A program made the translations under genes and the position numbers. A stretch of 64,000 nucleotides of DNA, from the NCBI GenBank assembly GCA_965603825.1, contig CBFDEM010000023.1, forward strand, positions 1-64,000. The letters are read 5' to 3'. Of the stretch, positions 27,700-40,256 are shown piece by piece. This DNA is from Blepharisma stoltei ATCC 30299. Taxonomy: Eukaryota; Protista; Ciliophora. Under the pieces are notes generated by a model. That model was not told the origin of the DNA. It saw only the letters and a list, made by a program, of their open reading frames with translations, and searched no databases. Within the stretch, counting starts at the first letter, position 1, and every line of letters starts with the position of its first letter.

Positions 27700-28615
27700 A
27701 TTATCAAGAGCTTGCAGCTACTCACTGGTTAATTTTGATAATTCTGTTAAAGGAAATTTTTTCTGAGATTAGTTGTATTTTGCTCAGACAATTTCATGCT
27801 ATTGAATAACTGCCATATTTATTTTGTATTTTAAGTTATCTAAGGTTGATTGTGAGATATTGAGACACGCCAGAATCTCGCCTTGCTTTTACTTCCAATT
27901 ATTGGAAATATTTTATTTGTCTCTATAATTTCAGTACTTTTAAGTGCTTTTCAATGTGATCAAGGACTTGGCTCAAATATTACTGATTCTTTTATAAGGC
28001 AAGACTGCAGTACGTATTGCTGGAATAATAAATATTTTATATGAGGAAGTTTCTCAATAGTTTCTTTAGTTGCCTATAAAAAACGCAGCAAATTTTTATT
28101 CTAGAAAAAGTTATTTTTCAGATAATAATTGCTTCTATGAATAAAACATTAAAAATTTATGATGAGTCTTTGCACGGCCTTAGCTATATTATCCTCATCT
28201 CTATAATGATTTTGTTAAGCTTTAAACAAAGACCTTATAACTATAGCAGAATGAATATTTGGTTGATAATTTCATATTTTTGAATTTTATGGAGTAATAT
28301 TTTATCATCACTTTATTGGTATAAAAAATTCGAATCATTAATGATGTGGACTTTACTTCAATATTCGGTATGATTTTGCTAAATATCAGCTGGAATTCTA
28401 GTTCAATGAAAATTTTCCCAAGTTTATTGATTACTGAAAAAAGAATTGATATAGCAATTTTTTTCAGATTTTCTTTAGGCAGTCAAATTTCAGCTATAAA
28501 AATTAATAAAATGAGAAAAGAAGTCATAGGAGATACTTTTATCAACGGAAGTTTTCTAAATATTTATTCTAGATCTAGTCGTTCGAATTCTTAAGAAAAC
28601 ATAATATCAGAATAA
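27700..28615 (+). pseudogene. 3' half remnant closely related to copy F
   Basis: gcttgcagctactcactggttaattttgat and tttttattctagaaaaag are nearly identical to 32490-33453. Stops, frameshifts and an internal deletion near 28080. Confidence 0.8.
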
Positions 28616-29199
28616 TTTTTATGAAAATTAATTTAGCTTCTATTAATTTCTTAATAGATTAAAAATTGAGAGTGATTTTTAGAAAACAATCACCAGACAA
28701 AGTTAAATGACAATTATTATTTCTTCTTCATTTATTTAAGGTAAATAGCTGAAGACCTTAGTAATATGGCAGAATTATATTATCACAATTAATAGGATCC
28801 ACGGAATTGAAAATTACCTAGCAGGATAGTTATAAATTTCGAATTTGAGCAATATATATAAATCAATCATGAACGTTCCTCTTCTCATTTTTATGTATCA
28901 AAGTAATTATATTTTAACCCTTTTGTTAAATCAACAAATTTATTTTTTTAGCAACTTTTACAAGTTGGCGTTCGGGAGAATCAGAATCAGAAATGTTTAT
29001 CATTATTTTCTTCCGTTTTAATCATTGCTAATTCCAATAATTCTTGACTAAAATGGGAATAACTTTATTCATTTTAAAAAATTATTATGTCTTATCGCAC
29101 TTTAAACATAAATAGCGATATTTGATTGGTTGAAGTAAAGAAACTACTAGTGTCAACACTAAATCATGATAAGATTATTAATGAAGAAGTATTTCTTAT

Positions 29200-29370
29200 T
29201 TCTATGGCTATTTTTTGCAAAATATATTATATTTTTAACGCTATTATGAGTAAAATTATAAAGATTTCATAAAACTTTGCATGAGCTTTGCTGCATTACC
29301 TTATTTATCATACTAATTGCTTTATGTTTTAAAAATAAACCTTGCAACTATAACAGAATGAATTTAAAAT
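29200..29370 (+). pseudogene. Small highly decayed receptor TM6-7 remnant
   Basis: ctttgcatgagctttgctgcatt and aaaccttgcaactataacagaatgaattt correspond to LHGLCCI...KPYNYNRMN. Confidence 0.55.
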
Positions 29371-30036
29371 TATTATAATATTTTTATAAAAGGTTATATA
29401 ATATAAAACTAATTCAATTTTAAACCTATTTTCCTGGTTATAATTGTTTCTTTAAGTAAAATATTTATAATTTGTGAGAGTTTTGCATAATATCTAAAAT
29501 GACATTATTGAGTTTCAAGTAAAACCCTTATAGCTATTGCTGAAATGAATTTTTCATTATTATTTCGTTTTAGAATTTATTATCATATCATCTATTATTG
29601 ACCTTAAGAAAGTGGAATGCTCAACCTACTTATGCAATCTTACAGGAGAGAAGGGAAGAATTTGTTTAAAAGAGTGAAGGTTAGCTGTGAAATTTATAAA
29701 TTCGAAGCAATTAGCAATGAAATGAATGAAGCCTGGATAGTTGGCGCAGTATTTGACGCTAAGCGAACGAGCTATTGGCTAATTAGTACTAATTAAATAC
29801 AATTATGGCTCGATTTTAATATTTGATAATATTTTAATATAGATGACTTACAAGCTTGCTGATTATTGAAAAATTGGTTGCCATTTCAAATTTTTCATAT
29901 TTTAATAATAAAATTTTTAAATTTGATTTTATTATAGATCGAACTAAACTAGGCTGGCAGCTCAACATAGGGCCTAAGTAGAATTAAACATTTCTAATTA
30001 TTAATATTTATCTCTTATCTTTTAATGTCCTAATAA

Positions 30037-33000
30037 ATGTCAATTATTCTGTACATAATTTGAAATTCTTTCACAAATCTCAGCCTGATTTCAGACATAA
30101 AAGCTCTAATTGATCAAAATTTTCAAGATCAAGCTGATTTTAGCCTTGTTTTCTCTCAAAATCTTTCAGGTTCCCATCTTACTGCAGGTAGCCAAAATAT
30201 CATTTTAGATCTCGGTTTCGACTGATCACTATCAAAATCAATAAAAGAGTTTGCTGAAGAAAACCAAGCCATAATAATTAACATTCATAGGTCTATTGGA
30301 TCTTTTTCAGAATGAGAATTTTTTACGCATTGCTCATGGAAAGACCAAAGTGAAGCGCTTTTTATTGTTACTACTTATTTAAATTGGCAAAAATTTATAG
30401 TGATTTCTGATGAAATTTACAATCAAGATGATGAATTTTTTAATTTATTTTATGATAAAGATTATCAGTGGTATTTTTTTTCGAATTGCAATGATGAGAA
30501 CTCGGCAGATTTGTTTATTGGAAAAATTATTCAGTCTATTGGTATTAGAAACATTGTGATATTAAATAAAGGTGAAAGTGCAAGATTGCTTTTGAAAAGC
30601 TTAGAGCAGCATAATTTCTTAATAAATGGTACTGGAATAATCGTAGGAAGTGAGGGCTCATGAGGGTTATATGGAAATGGAGCTATTTCTTATGCGGAAT
30701 CAGGATTGGAAAGCGCTAATAGTTACAATAGTTATGAAAGCCTATCAATTATTAAATTTTTAAAGTTAGTATTCAGTTTTCCTCCGGCTTCAAGCTCATT
30801 AGAATTACTTGAATTTTTAAACAAAAACACTATTAACCATCATCCAATCTCCAATTTTACGCTTCTCAATATGGAAAATAATAAAACTATAGGAAAGGGG
30901 AGCATTTTTGATCGAAATTTAACAATATCAAATCCCCTAAATTTTCCAGGAAATTCTTCAATCATCCCGAATTCTCCAACCACAGATGTAAATATATGAA
31001 TTGGAGATGGCACAAAGAACCCAAACTCTCCTTCAGATCCTTCATCAACAAGATCAATGCTAGGAGAATATCTAGCTTTAAGCTACTGGAAAAGCTTGCA
31101 TGCTTTAGATGGTTTTAACATAACAGTAACTCATACAGATTGCGGGGCATTAGCTTATAATGCAACTTTAGGGCTTTCTTGTTTTTCTAACCTTCTTGCT
31201 ACTCCTGGAGTAGGCTATTTAACTTCACTTTATCCTTTTATTGCTATTGGCTATATTTATACATTGAGATCTTTAAACTGCTCGATACCAAATATTTCTC
31301 CATATGCCCCTTCAAATCTTTTGCAGAATCAAACATTGTTTCCTGAGTTTATGACAGTAACCAAAGACGATAGATTCAATATTCAGGTCATCCTAGATCT
31401 TGCAGTTGTTTTTGGATGAAAAAGATTTATAGTAGCTTACGATAAAGAAAATATAGAAAGTTACAAATATTTTTTAGCAAAAATCGAGCAGTTTAATATG
31501 GAAATCGTAAATAATCCTGACCAAAGAATGATAGAGTCATACTATACCGTAGATAAATACTCAGAATGGGAAAATTGGTTTAAAAGCATAATCAGCTTAA
31601 AAGCTAGACTTTTTATTATTTTTTTTGCGCCTCCTTATTGGTTCAATGTAGTTGAAAGTTTTTATGATGCAGGTCTAAGAATAGGGGATTCCATTTTTTT
31701 ATTTAATGCAAAGGTGGTTTATTCTATGATTTGGGAAAAGAACCCAAAGCAGCTGAATAAGCTTATAGAGATATTATATGGAACAGTTATCATAAACCAA
31801 GCTGAGTGAATTGGAGATTTCGGAAAAACAATGAAAAGAGATTATATAATAACTTATGGTAAATCTACTGATTTTCGTTGTTTAGCATTTGATGCTGCAA
31901 TGCTGCTTTTAAATGGAATTGAATTTACTATAAAGCAAGGCAAAAATGTGATGAATTATGAAATAATGAATAGCAGTTTAAGAAAACAGAAATTCTTAGG
32001 ATGCTCTGGGACTGTATCAATAGAGCAAGGAAGCAATCAGAGAAGTTTGCCTACAATAGGGATTTATAATATAAAATGAAATAATAGCGCCCAATCATTA
32101 TATGAGGACTTTGTTGGTAAATATGATGCTAGCAGTGTGCAATTGATTACTTTATATAGCAGCATTATATGATATGACAATACAACAATAATTCCAACTG
32201 ATTTAATAATATATGAAAATGGCTGCCCGTTTCCTGAAAAATTAATATTTCGGTCTGAAAAAGGAGCTGGAATTTTATATTTGATTTCAGGCTCATTAAT
32301 AATTATTACAGCAATTGAAGCACTTTTTATATGAAAAATGTTTTGAAAAAATATTAAAATTGAAAAATTAAAAAATGCAGTCCAAGCTCACATTGAAGAT
32401 TATTTTTTAATGGGAATTCTGGCTGTAGATTCTTTGCAATTTATTTCTCAGGGGCCTGATATTCCTGAATCATTTTTGTGATTATCAAAAGCTTGCAGCT
32501 ACTCACTGGTTAATTTTGATTCTTCTGTTAATGGAAATTTATATTGGGGTTACTTGTATATTGCTCAGATTATTTCGTGCTATTGAGTTATTACAGCATT
32601 TATATTGATTTGCAAGTTATTTAATATTAATTCTGCGATACTGCAATACGCCAGAAGCCTCGCCTTACTTTTGCTACCAATTATAGGACACTTTCTATTT
32701 GTCCCTATAATTTCAGTTCTTTTAAGTATTTTTCAATGCGATCAAGGGGTTGATTCAAATATTACTGATTCTTTTATAAGACAAGACTGTAATACGTATT
32801 GCTGGGATAATAAATATTTTATATGAGGCAGCTTCTCAATAGCTTCTTTAGTTACCTATATCCCTCTTTCTATTAATTTCAGGTATTTTCATCAAAACAT
32901 CAATGATTATATAAACATAAAAATGAAGCCAATTTTTATTCTAGAAAAAGCTATTTTCCAGGTAATAATTGTTTCTATGAATAAAACATTAAAAATTTAC

Positions 33001-33453
33001 GATGAGTCTTTGCATGGCCTTTGCTGCATTATCCTCATCTCTATAATGATTTTGTTAAGCTTTAAGCAAAGACCTTATAACTATATCAGAATGAATATTT
33101 GGTTGATAATTTCATATTTTGGAATTTTATGGAGTTTTATATTATCATCACTTTATTGGTATACAAAATTCGAAGCATTAATGATGTGGACTTTACTTCA
33201 ATATTCGGTATGGTTTTGACTGATAATAATTGGAGTTTTAATTCAATTTAAATTTTTCCCAAGCTTATTGCTTACTGAAAAAGCAGCTGATATTTCAATT
33301 TTTTTCAGATTTTCAATAGGTAGTAAAATTTCAGCAATAGAAATTAATAAAATGTTAAAAGAAATAAGGGATAAAACTATGTTCAAGAGCAGCTATTTAA
33401 ATATTGATTCTCAATCAGGTTCGAATTCTAAAGATAATATCATACCAGAATAA
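30037..33453 (+). CDS. Receptor copy F, open 1138 aa but lacking the signal peptide
   Basis: Continuous frame with TGA(W) to TAA 33453. ATG 30037 is preceded by in-frame TAA TAA and starts at about the mature N-terminus (MSIILYIIWNSFTN). Confidence 0.75.
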
Positions 33454-33943
33454 TATTTATAATAGTTAAAAAATACCATTAATAGTTTGTTTTAACACTT
33501 TTTGATCACTTGCTGAGAACAAACTTTTTTCAAAAAATTTATATATTGCTTTTTCTAAAATTCCACTAATTAAACTTTAAATTAAACTGGTTTGCATAAT
33601 GTATGTCTTGGAATGCAAGCTTCTTATGCTAGAGATTTTATATTATAATTATCAATATAGGAATTAAACATAAAATATTTTTTATTATTTTTCTCTCTCT
33701 ATCTCACGATGGAGAGTAATTCAATTAGTGACATAGCGGTATAGTAAAACCTTATAAATAATAAATTTATTTGGAGTTAGTATAATTAAGATGTGCTCTA
33801 ATTCGTAATTAAATTGAATTTTAATTATGGATTATTTAGAAGGTGCTTGAATTTTTTTATGAGAAATTAAAATTTAATGCCCTAAGTTCAATCCAAAACT
33901 TTAATTTTGGTGTCTCTAATTAATAAATTTTTAAAAATAATTA

Positions 33944-35623
33944 ATGAAACTTTTAAAGATTATTCTTTGTGCACTTATTCTTATCGAAAGCCAGATGGTG
34001 GTTGATTTTATTTATAGCCCTTTTAGTGATTCAGAATTTGCTTCAAATCTGACTTTTTTCGTGAAGAAAAACTTTCAAGACCACCAATTTATTTTCAATT
34101 TGATTTATATTGCCACCATCGAAGATATACAAAAAATCTCATATAGCCCTGATATAATTTTTGACGTTACCTTTAGCCTCTCATTATCAGAATCCATAAA
34201 AAATCTGGCAGAGGAAAAGCATGTCATAATTGCCTCAATTAATAAACCGCTTGATTTTTTTTCTGACTGAGAATTTTTTGTCCATAATTCCTGGGAAAAT
34301 CGAGTTGAAGCCTTGCATGGCATTATTTCTTATTTAAATTGGCAAACTTTTATAGTGATTTCTGGCGAGATTTACAATGAAGATGATGAGTTTTTTAATT
34401 ATTTTTATGATAAAGATTGCCAATGGTTTTCTTTCTCAAATAGCAATGATAAAATATCAGCTGATTTATTCGTAGGGAGAGAAATACAATCGACTGGGAT
34501 TAAAAATATTGTGATCCTAAACCATGGAGAAAGCACAAAATTGCTTTTGGAAAGTTTAGAAGAGCATGATTTGCTTACTAATGGGACTGGGATCATTATA
34601 GGATGTGAAGGCTCCTGAAATTTATATGGGAATGGGATTATTTCTTATGTAGAGTCTGGATTAGAAAGCGCTGACTGTTATTATTGCTACAAAGGGTTAG
34701 CTTTTATTAAATTTTTAAATTTAATATTAAGCTTTCCTTCAACATCTGATCCTTTTGCACTCCTTGAGCATTTAAATAAAAATACAGTTAGGCATCACCC
34801 AGTGTCTAATTTCACTTTAATAAATACAAAAAATAGGCAAAAAAGTATTACAGGAACAATTTTAAATGGAAATTTAGAAATATTAAATCCTCTGGTTTAT
34901 CCAGGGAATTCTTTAATAGCGCCGAATTCTCCTACTACAGATGTCAATATATGAATCGCAGATGGAACAATAAATCCAGGAGCTGAACCTGAATTATTGG
35001 CAACAACTGTGACATATGGAGAATTTTATGCCTTAAGCATCTGAAAAAGCATGCATGCCTTAGATGGCTTTGAAATCACAGTCACTGATACAGATTGCGG
35101 AGTAACCACATATAACGCAGATTATGCGTATTCATGCTTTTATAAACTACTCCCAACTCCTGGCGTCGGCTTTTTAACATCACTTTACCCATGAATCACC
35201 ATGGGATACATTTATACTTTAAGAGCTTTAAATTATTCAATACCTCACATTTCTCCTTACGCTCCTTCAATCATTACAGAAAACAATACAGCTTTTCCAG
35301 AATTCATGACAGTCATAAAAGATGAGACTTTTAACACCCAAGTCATTTTAAATCTTGCAGTAATTTTTGGATGAAAAAATTTTGTTGTTATCTATGATGA
35401 GACAAATATAGCCATGTATAATTATTTTGTTGCAAAATTAAAAGAATTTAATATGAATATCGTTAATCCGCCTGAATTGCGAAAAATTGATACTTATTAT
35501 ACGAGTGTTAACGGCAGAAAAGTTAGCCTCCATCCCCCTATTATCCCCTATATTCCCTATCCCCCCATACTTTCCGTTCCTCCCTGTGCACCATTAATCT
35601 TTATAGGAGCTCATGCTTTTTAA
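33944..35623 (+). CDS. Receptor copy G, intact 5' half (signal, VFT1, half of VFT2) fused to an unrelated Pro-rich tail; no TM domain
   Basis: 559-codon open frame (TGA=W). Family homology ends abruptly at DTYYT (~35503). May be a pseudogene. Confidence 0.65.
35534..35566 (-). other. Canonical G-quadruplex-forming motif G6-N3-G3-N6-G4-N6-G5
   Basis: Plus strand reads CCCCC TATTAT CCCC TATATT CCC TAT CCCCCC. Confidence 0.7.
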
Positions 35624-36439
35624 AAGTTAACAGATTTTCTCCTCAAATATTATTCCCTTTCTGGTATTAAAAATTGTCACTGCTTTCATCTTCTTCATGA
35701 TCTTTGTGCTCATATGGCTCACTCTGAATCCTTCTTCCTTTTTAGTTTTTATGCTTATCCACTTCTGTGGCATTACCATTTTAATTTGACTTCGGCCATG
35801 CCAAATCCTCCTTTTCATCTCAAATTTATATGTATCATCTAATTTACTTGCTTCATAGTTTTAAAATTTAGAATCTTTATTTGAATTAATATTATTTTTT
35901 CTTATCATTATCCATGACAATTAAAAGTTTAATGTCTTTATTCCTATTGAGTAGTTTACTTTGTGCAAAGAAAAGCAGTCTCTGACCCAACTGGTACTGA
36001 TCAAAATTGGGCGTCTCCTTAATGATGGATACCTAGAAAGCTACCCTTCTAGCTCTCCTTTAATCATAATTGGCGGCACACTTATAGAAACTCTGCATCT
36101 CAAGACCTCTAGTTTAGCGCTGCGTATATAGGCTTTTTAAAATGCCATAGCTAAGGTGATTCTCTGGGCGAAATCAAAACTCACAACAATAGTTAGCTAA
36201 AGGATCTTTTCTATTTTCCTGAATAGATAAATTGATGATGTCATATTCGATAGCTAGACTTCTTTATTATTTAAATGTAATATATTATTGAATGCCTCAG
36301 TGAACTAGAGCTTGCAATCAATTCTTAAGAATATTGCACTAGCTATCACCCAGTTTAGAGTCAAAAATGCTAGAGAGCAAAATATAAAATGCATTACTTC
36401 ATTTAAAAGGAACTCTTTCTTATGATTAATTAAAATAAG

Positions 36440-37103
36440 CTCTTCCAACTCAAGAACCAATTTACGGATACAATACAAGCTGTATACTTCCTGATTATAC
36501 TTATTTCTATTGGGGTAAGCAGAACACTAGTTCAGGCTCAGTTTTTACTATTGACAAAAATAAAAATGTTCAATATCTCCAAAATTCAAAAGTAAATTCT
36601 TTAGCTGATCCTATCTTTTATAACAATTTTATCTATTTAATAGGAGGAAGTAACAACTTGGCTGAAAGGTATGATTTTAAACAAAACGTGTGGGAAAGCA
36701 TGGCTCCACTACCTCAAGGTTTGAATTTTAGTTATGGTTGCAATGCTTTATATAGATATTTGATTCTTATAACAGGCTATTGTATCCAAAAACTGATAAT
36801 TTATAGCATAACTCAAAACAACTACCGAGAAGTCCCCAATTTGGTGCTAAATGCGAATTATTTTAAATTTATGCTGAGGGGGAATAAAAGAGTTTATTTA
36901 TTTGGGAAAGGGGAAGGACTTTTGAAAGTGCTGAAAACAATATTTTTAGTTGGACTCAAATAGGGAATAATAGCATTAGAGCAGATTATAATCAATCAAG
37001 TGCTGTTCGCTATAAGGGTTGCCTTTACTTCATTATCTATGAAAATCAGCTGTGGAAATTCGATCTTACTTCTAAGCACGCATCTCAAGTAGCAACACTC
37101 TAA
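36440..37103 (+). pseudogene. Kelch-repeat protein remnant
   Basis: CILPD.TYF..G and FIYLIGGSNNLAERYDFKQNVWESMAPLP. Upstream in-frame TAAs, frameshift near 36915, then ...QLWKFDLTSK...TAA. Confidence 0.7.
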
Positions 37104-38020
37104 AATAAGAATTTAGAACTTAATGATCTCTATATCCTTAAACAAAATAGTAGTGCAATTAATCTATTCTCACTATAGGTTTAGAATTTAGCTAACTTAC
37201 TCTCGCATAATAAGCATAATACAAGTAAATTTGTGGAATCATCAATAAGTCTGCTCAAACATATCCTGAGCTTGAAGACTAATGCTTGGCAAGGAAGGGT
37301 CCATGAAGTCTATCAGGATTAGCTAGGCTTTAACACCATAAAATTTATGTCAAAGTTTGAAGTATGACAAAGTTTCCGCTTTTATCATTACACTTCATAG
37401 ATAGAGCCAAGAATTTCAATAAGATTAAGTAGTTTAATGCTTAGCATAGTGGCTAGTCCAATTTATAGTGGAAAAGCTCAAATAAAACGGGGCTTTTTTT
37501 GCTTGTCACAAGAATCACTCCAGTCGTGATTGAAGTGCATTAGCTGCCACAGTATTCAATAAGCTAATTCTTTCATTTTTACTCTAATTATTAGACAATT
37601 TTTCTGCTCAGGCTGATATTTGCATATTTATAGCCGAAATTTAATTTTTGTAAAGCTAATTCACTGCCTTGTGCTTTTTAATTACTTACTATTCATTTGA
37701 GATTTACTCATGTTTCTAAATTTCGATTTAGAGTATCTAAATTGACCTTCATGTGTCATGCGCCAATTTTAGATTTTGTAGAAGTGTTACAAATTATGAA
37801 ACTTGTGTCAACTTAAGTCTGAATTATCCAATGGACTTTGCACTTTCCCAGACAATTCTGCATTTGCTTTTTCGAATATTCATGCGAAACAAAGGATTTT
37901 TTTAAATATATTCTAAAAATATTAGCCTTAATTAGTACTGGAATATTATTTATTCTATAAGCCCATATATATTCAATTTAGCTATTTTTTTATACGAAAT
38001 TTTGATGGGGGTTATAATTT

Positions 38021-38848
38021 ATGCCCAAAAAATTTACAAAGCTGCTCAATTTTACGTTGGAGACTCTAATATGAAAAGAATTATTCAACTACAAATTTTA
38101 CTTCTCTCCAGATTCATTTTATGAATCTTCATCTTTTAGCCCAAAATTATTAGCTTCTCCAACCCTGACCGAAGAATCAAAATCTCCTTCTCCTCTTAAT
38201 ACATTACCTCACAGATTTCCTAAGCTAAGGCTAAAAGAGTCCAACACCAGCAATGGCTCAAAGAAAAGAATTGAAAACTCAATAGAAATCAAAGAACCCT
38301 GCAAACAAAATGTGATACAAGACCAAAAGATTAAAAAAATCAGCAAGATGGTAGAAACTTCTGACGAAGACCAAGAAAATCATGAAAATGATCCCCCTTT
38401 ATCTGAAGTATCAGAAAATCTATCACCTTTGCAAGAATACGCAAAGTATTATAGAGAAAGACTTAAATCCCTGCCAAAAAAGAGAAAGCGTGAGGCTACA
38501 CCTCCATCACCAAAGATAATTGGAAAGCAAAGAGAAGTTTTCAAAGCATTTGGAAACAAAATAAACGTATACAAGCAAACAAAATTTGTTGAAGAATGCG
38601 AAACCTCTAATTTTGTGCTAGGAGAAATTAATTTGCATACTGGAAAAAAAGATTTAAATGAGAGGAAAAATGACCTAATTGTAATTGAAAAGCCTAAAAT
38701 ACCTCACAATTTAATAAAAGTTCATAAGTTTCAGATAAAGGCAGATTTAGATAGTTTTGAAAGAATTTTGCAGAGAGCTGAAAATAGAAAAGCTGACCAA
38801 AGTTGCGGAGTCGAAGAGAATCCTGAGAGTAATGATAATAATAGTTAA
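38021..38848 (+). CDS. Hypothetical low-complexity protein (275 aa)
   Basis: ATG 38021 is in frame with ORF 38312-38848 through one TGA. S/P/K/E-rich. Confidence 0.65.
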
Positions 38849-40256
38849 TTTAAAATGTAATAATTCAGTCATGATGATAAATCAATATTAAAATAAATAT
38901 AACTTGAAGAAGTGATAAGCTTTGTGCTTGACCATCTTTATCATTCATAATAATTGCATGAGGTTTTTTTATTCTTCAATTTCATCAATTTTATATCTAT
39001 AGCTTCTAGCTATTCTATCCATTAGAAAGAAGATCTATTATTTATTTACATACATTTTTCCATTAATTCATAAATATTATAATAAAAACTCATATTTTCA
39101 ATCAATTTAAAAATTAATACCCTGCAGCCTGCATATTGAGTATTTATCTGACATGTAAATTTCGACTTCTCATTTATTAATTTTCCTATTCAAAATCTTA
39201 TAATAATGAAGCATGATAAATAAAATCTAATAAAGCCCCTTTATTAATTATTTTAAAATATTTAGCACTTTATTTTCAATATTTTTAATCTTGTTCATAA
39301 TTCTATCATAGGTTTATTGAAATCTTCTATAATCATTGTTTATTAATAAATTGTGGCATGTCTTTTATATTTTCCCCCCTTATTTAGTGATGATAGGGCT
39401 AGATAAGTCGTTTCCTAGAGCATAAAATACTGTATTCCCCATATAGAGTTGAATAAAAACAACTGCCCCAATTTAAATGAATAAATCTTGTTTTCAAAAT
39501 AATTAATATGAATTTGTTTTAGAATTTGTTTAAACTAATAGATTTAAAGCGTCGATTTGTTGTAATATTATTCTAACACCCTTTGAACGAAAATTACAGC
39601 TAAATTTTCGATTTTGATCAAAATTACCTCACTAGAATTTTGTTTTAAACTATTAAAATTAAAAATTACATTTTAGCTTAAAGGGAAGGATTTAGGTTTT
39701 ATTAAAGTTAAATTTCAACTCTCTACTAATTAAAATGACTTAATAATAAATAAATTTTTTTTTCATTCAATAATTTCAAAAGAGTTTATATTGATTAAAT
39801 CAATTCAATTTCAAAGCCAAAATCACAATCTTGGAAATCTTATTTTTTGTCCTTGGAATTGAGATTTGCGACTATCAGTTTTTGACCATCTGCTTGATGA
39901 GAATCAAACTTTCCAGGTGATCTTTCACCAAACCTCAATTTTTCTGGGTAATATCTTGCATACTTTCTATAATATCTGAAAAACAGTTCTTTGAATACTA
40001 GCTTTCCATCCAAAAAGGGAATAATTATGCTTTATTATAGAATAAAAACTAATCATGAAATTTTATTGGTAAAAATTTTAAAAATAAAGAGAAAAATACC
40101 GCATAGAATTTACCGATTCAAGATGATTATTTTTTTAAATAGTAATCTATTAGCGAATAATAGAGATAAATATTAGATACCAAATAAATTTGGCTTCCCT
40201 AGAGGAACTGAAAATAAAATTGAAATTTAAATATCGTTAAATAGTCAATAGTTTCT

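Noticed and set aside
5157-33453. Treating TGA-broken ORFs as mass pseudogenisation or selenoproteins
   Set aside because: TGAs align with conserved Trp and interchange with TGG, not Cys.
35506-36200. LTR element starting TGTTA
   Set aside because: No second LTR, primer-binding site or gag/pol similarity visible.
39573-39582. Internal telomere-like CTAACACCCT
   Set aside because: Only 10 bp, compatible with chance; no read evidence of telomere addition available.
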